NCBI RefSeq assembly: GCF_001194135.2
Contig: NC_069001.1
Location: forward strand, 30,793,388 to 30,850,371
DNA from: Octopus bimaculoides
Lineage: Eukaryota
Direction: 5' to 3'
DNA: 56,984 nt
The notes under the pieces were generated by a model, which worked only from the letters and a program-made list of their open reading frames with translations, searched no databases and was not told the DNA's origin. The translations under genes were made by a program, and so were the position numbers. This document shows, piece after piece, positions 50,770 to 56,984 of this stretch (position 1 is its first letter; each line of letters starts with the position of its first letter).

Positions 50770-51117
50770 AGTGAAGTATATTGCCACGTGAATGTGGCTG
50801 ACCCCTAGGGGTGGATGTTACTGTTGCTTTTAGCCCCAGGAGGAATCTCCTCCAGCTGGCTTATCGACACACTTTTGTGTCCTGTTTGTTTTGCGAAGGG
50901 ACGTTATCCCTCTCATCGTGACCTGTAGCACGAACGGACCCGGGTTTCAGGGTTATTTCCCTTCGTCAGCGTCCGATAGCCATTTCCCTTGGCAAAACAA
51001 AGAGGACACAGAAGTGTGTCGATAAGCCAGCTGGAGGAGGTGTCCTCCTGGGGCTAAAAGCAGCAGTAACATCCACCCCTAGGGGTCAGCCACATTCACG
51101 TGGCAATATACTTCACT
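50770..51117. mobile_element. 348-bp MITE/foldback element with ~132-bp terminal inverted repeats
   Basis: Left arm 50770-~50901 and right arm ~50985-51117 are reverse complements with about 6 mismatches; ~83-bp spacer; (TA)n on the right flank. Confidence 0.9.
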
Positions 51118-51164
51118 ATATATATATATATATATATGTATACATATATACATATACACACACA

Positions 51165-51240
51165 CGACTGGCTTCTGTCTGTTTCCGTTTACCAAATCCA
51201 CTCACAAAGCTTTGGTCTGTCTGTGGCTATAGTAGAAGAC
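51165..51240 (-). mobile_element. SINE family C fragment
   Basis: cgactggcttctgtctgtttccgtttaccaaatccactcacaaagctttggtc...gctatagtagaagac. Confidence 0.8.
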
Positions 51241-53754
51241 GACGTAGTGAGACTGAGCTTTGAACTGCTCTCGCTGTAGACGTTGCAAGGAACGTTTATT
51301 TTTACGTTAGGAGATTATTGTAGTTCGCTTGAAGCATTGTGTATTGTTTGTAAAGAATAAAATATTTCGAATGACACAACAATGCATTATAATACAAACT
51401 GTTGTAATTTAATCATTCATAGTCTAATATGATATTTCGGAATTCCGTCTTCAGATATCTCTAGGAATTGATAAGAATGTTATGCCCGCAGTTTAGTAAC
51501 TTTTCTTGGGCTCAGAACGAGGTTCCGCCTGTCAGTGCTGTCAACGGGACTGCAGTTAGCATTGAAATGCCAGAATTACGTTAATGCCTATCACTTTCCA
51601 ACTGAATTTGTTGTCGTTGATAAAATAAGACATGGGACGGCTGTGCAGCTGCGAATAACTAAATCTAATGACGTGGTGTCGAGTAGTAATATGTTATGTT
51701 TCTGAAGACAGGATAGGAACTGTTGACTTGGGTTCCACGCAGCTATTCAATATTAATCATTGAATGTCCCGAGAGAAAGATTTACAATATTGAATTACTT
51801 TTAGTTATTTTGATAACAATCCAGACAGGAGTATAGAAATTAAAGTGTGAAGAGAAAGAGATGTACTGAGATGTTAAAGTATAGAATTATTGAGAATGAG
51901 ACGATTTGGAGCTGCTGTTTCGTCGCAGGAATATTTGGCACTGACTGGACATTCAGCCTGTTTTGGACAACAGTACTTTTTGGCACCGGAAGCAAATATA
52001 CAAATACAAACACACATACAAATATATTGCACATATGGATGGAAAAAGTGGGAGAGAGAGGGGTATTGAGAAACCTTACAATATATTGATTGAACATGAT
52101 TAGCGTAAGCACTTTTCATTTTCTTCACTGACATAAAGAGAAATGTTTCCACACACATAATCAGAGAAGGAGAGAGACAGGGTGAGAGAGAACACGAGAA
52201 ATTTTAAAACGAAAAAAACACTAAAATTTCTTATGTCAAATAATCCAGCGTCGAATGAACGACGCCAAATAAGTGACGCCAATATGGCCGTGTCAATATG
52301 TCTCATACTCTGAATTGTTTATGTGTTGGCTGTGTAACAAAGTAGTTTTAATTGAGCGTGTATATGTCTCAATCGATCTAGATGTCTCGAGTGTATAACA
52401 GATATTTCTTTTATCGGTTCGTAATTTACCGAATGAAAATCCGTGATTCAAATGTATATATGTTTTGTTTGTTTCTATATTTTCCTGTTCTCTCTCCAGC
52501 ACTGTTGATGTCTCTGTTCTGTAAAGTTAATCTCATCTTTATATTGACATCTATGTAGAAACCAGTTCAACAGCCGCTATCGTCTTCGATCTTATTTCTA
52601 CAGATTGTGTATAAAGATCGATGAATGATATTTTTGCTTTGTTTTGTTTTTCCTGTCGTACGTGAAATTAAATATACACTTGCACCATCCTACTTCGTTT
52701 AGTGTCAGAGGAACCGTCCTAGATCAATTGAAACAGATACATGTTCAATTAAAGCTGTTCTGTTGCACAGCCTGTACGTAAACAAATCGATCTTTCAGCC
52801 TCCCAATATTTCTATTTCCATTTCTCACTTTCTCTTACGCTAACTCCCTCTCCACCTCCATCCATCCTCGTCTCCTATTCTCTCTCTTTCTTTCACAGAG
52901 ACGCACTACAATAACACCTACCACACTAATACTCTCAAACACACACATACACACACATGCACTTCCTCTCTTTCTCTGGCGGCCATTTCCGTTGTCTTTC
53001 TCCGTATACTATTTATCGCTTTGGATTGCGGGCAAATTTCCTTTTTGTTCCAACACCTCAATACCGATTAACAGTGAAAACCGGAAATGGTGTCATGTTT
53101 GCCTTAGCGTACATTGTTTTATAACACGTGACCTAACATAACCAGACACATCTACTAATTTGTCGTATCACTGTATAAATTTGTCCTTTAACGTAAATTC
53201 AAATATATAGATGGCGCTCTATATGTAATACATTATTATTTCTAGTTCGTTACACTTGAGTTTATGATATTATTGATTTTAAATCATGCTTTTGTTGGTG
53301 TTTCTCTGGAGACATGTTATTTGTAAATAATATTTCTGGACGTAAATAGGAAGTTACTTTATTATAATTCCATTTAGACCCATGTTTAGATAGAGAAAGG
53401 ATAATGCAGTAATTCACTTCAAACGTTAACAAATTTTCCCAAATATTTAAGTCATCCGAAACAATTAGACTACGGATACAGTTTCATTGTATTGACAACG
53501 AAGATGCTGATGATGACGACGACGATGACAACGACGATGATGATGATGACGATAACGATGATGATATTGATGATGGTGACGATGATGACGACGAGGACAA
53601 TGACGACGACCAGCATAACGACAATGATGAAAAATACCGAGCGTTCTAAAAACTATCAAAATAACTGTACGTCAACCAGTACACTATCACGATAGTAATC
53701 TAGTATTTAATTTATTAACCTTCCATCTTCGAATAACGAAGAGCCAAGGACACT

Positions 53755-54032
53755 TGGATTCGGAAAGACATGGTTGAACGCTGAAACTCTCCAGCCAGGT
53801 GGATTTTGAACTCAGAACATAAAGGACAAAAATACATGTTCTAATAATAATAACAATAATCCTTTCTACTAAAAGCACAAGGCCTGAAAGTTTAGGGGAG
53901 CGGTTAAGTCGATCACACACAGCCCAGTGTTTCATTGGTTCTTAATTTATCAATCCCGAGAGGATGAAAGGCAAATCAAACCCGGCAGAATCTGAACTCA
54001 GAACTTGAAGACGGACGAAATACCGCTAAACA
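53755..54032 (-). mobile_element. SINE family B copy (53850-54032) plus a head fragment (53755-53830)
   Basis: cggcagaatctgaactcagaacttgaagacggacgaaataccgctaaaca is the reverse complement of the family-B head. Confidence 0.85.
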
Positions 54033-54228
54033 TGGCTCAAATAACAGTTAACAGAATTTTACGGGGCAAGGATACATGCTCTCACTCGAAGGTGGAATAT
54101 TGTTATTGAGAGAAATGGTGACGATGTTGAGAAATAAGGATGGGATCCACAGAGGACCAGCTTCATTTTGATGTATGATACATGTTCCTGTCCTAAACAA
54201 AATGGCATTACTTTTTGACTCACCATCG
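54033..54228 (+). mobile_element. Mariner 3' end: transposase C-terminus plus right TIR, a different family from 4775
   Basis: WLK*QLTEFYGARIHALTRRWNIVIERNGDDVEK*; terminus ggcattactttttgactcaccatcg followed by TA (54229-30), whose reverse complement TACGATGGTGAGTCAAAAAGTAATGCC is mariner-TIR-like. Confidence 0.85.
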
Positions 54229-54928
54229 TACAATCCTATATTCCGCAGACGAGGAAGTTATATTATGTCTACCGTTCACTTTAGTGGCACTGGTCTCCTA
54301 ACCTTCATTCTTGCTTTCACTACATTTTAGCTGTTACATGTTCCACCCTTCTTTAGGAGTCTTGTGTTGAATTCAGTTGTTGTATCTGAATTTCAAACCT
54401 AACCCCTTACCTTTGGAAATTAGCTTCAAGTGGGTACACTGTTCTCATTCTGCGTTCTACGTTTCGAGACACTGTTCACTATAGTTTCTTCTATTTGTTT
54501 TGGGGTGAATTTCGCCGTACTGACTTGCCCGCGATCATAAGCCTTAAAAATGCACTCCGTTAATGCCTACAGGCACAGCTTAGTGGACAGAGGCGTTGGT
54601 TAATGTAGTACAAATGTTTTACTTTCAATTCTAAGCAAAGCACTAAAATTCAGCTGAAAAGAAAAATGTCACGAAAATCAAATCAAGAGAAAAATGTCGC
54701 GAAAATTAACTGAAGCCAAACATATCACGAAATGCTGAAATCGGACCGAGAACAGTTATACCTGCTGGATCAAATAAAGGATTAGGATTGAAATTCCGAT
54801 ACAACACAACCGATTTCGACACAAGAAACCCGAAGAGAATCCGGAGCATACAACAGCCAAAACTTAGTGAACCAACAATCATGATGAGGATAACGGTCAG
54901 ACTACTGTGAACAGTGTACACAGTACTT

Positions 54929-55353
54929 GGTGGAGGCGCAATGGCCCAGTGGTTAGGGCAGCAAACTCGCGGTCATAGGATCGCGGTTTCGATTCCCAGA
55001 CCGAGCGTTGTGAGTATTTATTGAGCAAAAACACCTAAAAGCTCCACGAGTCNNNNNNNNNNNNNNNNNNNNNNNNNNNNNNNNNNNNNNNNNNNNNNNN
55101 NNNNNNNNNNNNNNNNNNNNNNNNNNNNNNNNNNNNNNNNNNNNNNNNNNNNNNNNNNNNTCTGTTGTGCCTGTAATTCAAAGGGTCAGTCTTGTCACAC
55201 TGTGTCACGCTGAATCTCCCTGAGAACTACGTTAAGGGTACACGTGTCTGTGGAGTGCTCAGCCACTTGCACGTTAATTTCACGAGCAGGCTGTTCCGTT
55301 GATCGGATCAACTGGAACCCTCGACGTCGTCAGCGACGGAGTGCCAACAACAA
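54929..55353 (+). mobile_element. SINE family A, full length, interrupted by the N-gap 55053-55160
   Basis: Same head and core as 20681-21072, in the opposite orientation. Confidence 0.92.
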
Positions 55354-56237
55354 TCTAACACTCAAATGCATCGAGTACCTTGTAATAATTCTCGCTTATT
55401 TCAAGGGCAAATAGATACCAGTGAGATTTGAACTCTGAGTATAGAGAGTCGGAAGTCATACAGCAAGTATTTTTGTCCGACGTTCTAATATTCTACATAG
55501 CATGATTATATCTACCTCACTGGGTATTATGAAGACAGCCATTCAAATTTATATTGTAATTTTTATTTTTTTTTAGAGGTACGTAAATTTCCTAAAATTA
55601 AATTAAGTATAATAACCGAAAATACAATTTAAAATTAAATAACATTTACAATGTTCAATAACATATTATACACAATAACGTTATAGTAACCGCCATTTTA
55701 ACTATGTTCATATCTGATTGTTATATTCTGTAATGTAATATAAAAATAGTTTTATCATAATTTTCCCTATCTTACACGATATCATACAAATCTTCAGTAC
55801 ATTTACAATGAAATGGAATGATATTAGTAGATATTAGTATATTTAAGTGTCTGAATTGTGGTTGTATAATCTATATCTAATAAAAGACTATTAAATGTGT
55901 TTAAAGCTTTTATATAATATTTTTAGTCGGACTCATAAAAGCAAACGGTTTCATAACCATTCAAAAAGATTAAGAAAGTCGGAGATTTGATTTAATAAAT
56001 TAAATTAAAAAACCGTGTCTGCAAGATTGCTGCTATTATTAAAGCAGACATGAGTCGTTGCTTACTTTTCATGCATAATTGTATGTGTCCGTGTGTGTGT
56101 GTATTGGTGTGTACATGTAAGGATATTAAGTTATTTATATGCATGTATATACATACAGACAGATATACTCAACTACTGACCTATTCACACATATATATAT
56201 ATCTTATATGTACATACATACCTACAAATTTACTTAC

Positions 56238-56284
<47 letters not shown>

Positions 56285-56984
56285 NNNNNNNNNNNNNNNN
56301 NNNNNNNNNNNNNNNNNNNNNNNNNNNNNNNNNNNNNNNNNNNNNNNNNNNNNNNNNNNNNNNNNNNNNNNNNNNNNNNNNNNNNNNNNNNNNNNNNNNN
56401 NNNNNNNNNNNNNNNNNNNNNNNNNNNNNNNNNNNNNNNNNNNNNNNNNNNNNNNNNNNNNNNNNNNNNNNNNNNNNNNNNNNNNNNNNNNNNNNNNNNN
56501 NNNNNNNNNNNNNNNNNNNNNNNNNNNNNNNNNNNNNNNNNNNNNNNNNNCATATACATATTCGATTTGGGGCCCCTTAGTTCCGTACAGGGCTGGAAAC
56601 TTCCCAGTACGCTCATGCCTGAAGACATCACTATACATCTACCTACCTACCTACCTACCTACATACATACATACGTACACACACACACGCATACATATAT
56701 ATATATTCTATGCACTCTCTCTCTCTATATATATATAGAGAGATAGATAGATCAATATGTGACCGCATGTGTATCGTTGGCGATTTTCATTCTCCCGTCT
56801 CCACTTCTTTGGACTTCTGTATTTCTGATAATGAGCTCCGCTCGAAATGTGAAATCCTCTTTCTTTTCTTTCCTTTCATCAGTGTCCAATAACACTGTAC
56901 TTATTCTACGTCCTCGCGTTGTTGTTTTTTCTTGCTTGTTCATGTTTGGATTGACATATATATATATATATATATATATATAAA

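Noticed and set aside
1-56984. Most ORFs in the six-frame track ([12 protein letters not shown], poly-X, poly-I/L/D/H)
   Set aside because: They are translations of di- and trinucleotide microsatellites and N-gaps, not genes.

Overview
This is AT-rich, microsatellite-saturated eukaryotic non-coding DNA (intron or intergenic) with 15 N-gaps totalling about 3.8 kb. The interspersed repeats look like ones I recall from octopus genomes (probably Octopus bimaculoides); this is an inference from memory, not a search result. I can support no intact protein-coding gene, rRNA, tRNA gene or CRISPR array. Most ORFs in the supplied track come from (AT)n, (AC)n or trinucleotide repeats, N-gaps or decayed transposons. 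The supportable content is mobile DNA: about 25 copies or fragments of several tRNA-derived SINE families (three with clear target-site duplications), three R4/Dong-type non-LTR fragments embedded in (TAA/ATT)n, a LINE 3' remnant, a Gypsy gag remnant, two mariner remnants and a long-TIR MITE. The most interesting signals are two minimal, probably dimeric, type I hammerhead ribozyme motifs of the kind known from Penelope-like elements. One (6156-6237, +) sits at the inner edge of a ~550-bp inverted repeat; the other (49505-49550, -) has a variant CCGAUGA core. An unexplained 69%-GC island lies at 32361-32550. I do not see evidence for a wholly new biological system; the findings are mostly unusual instances of known element classes.
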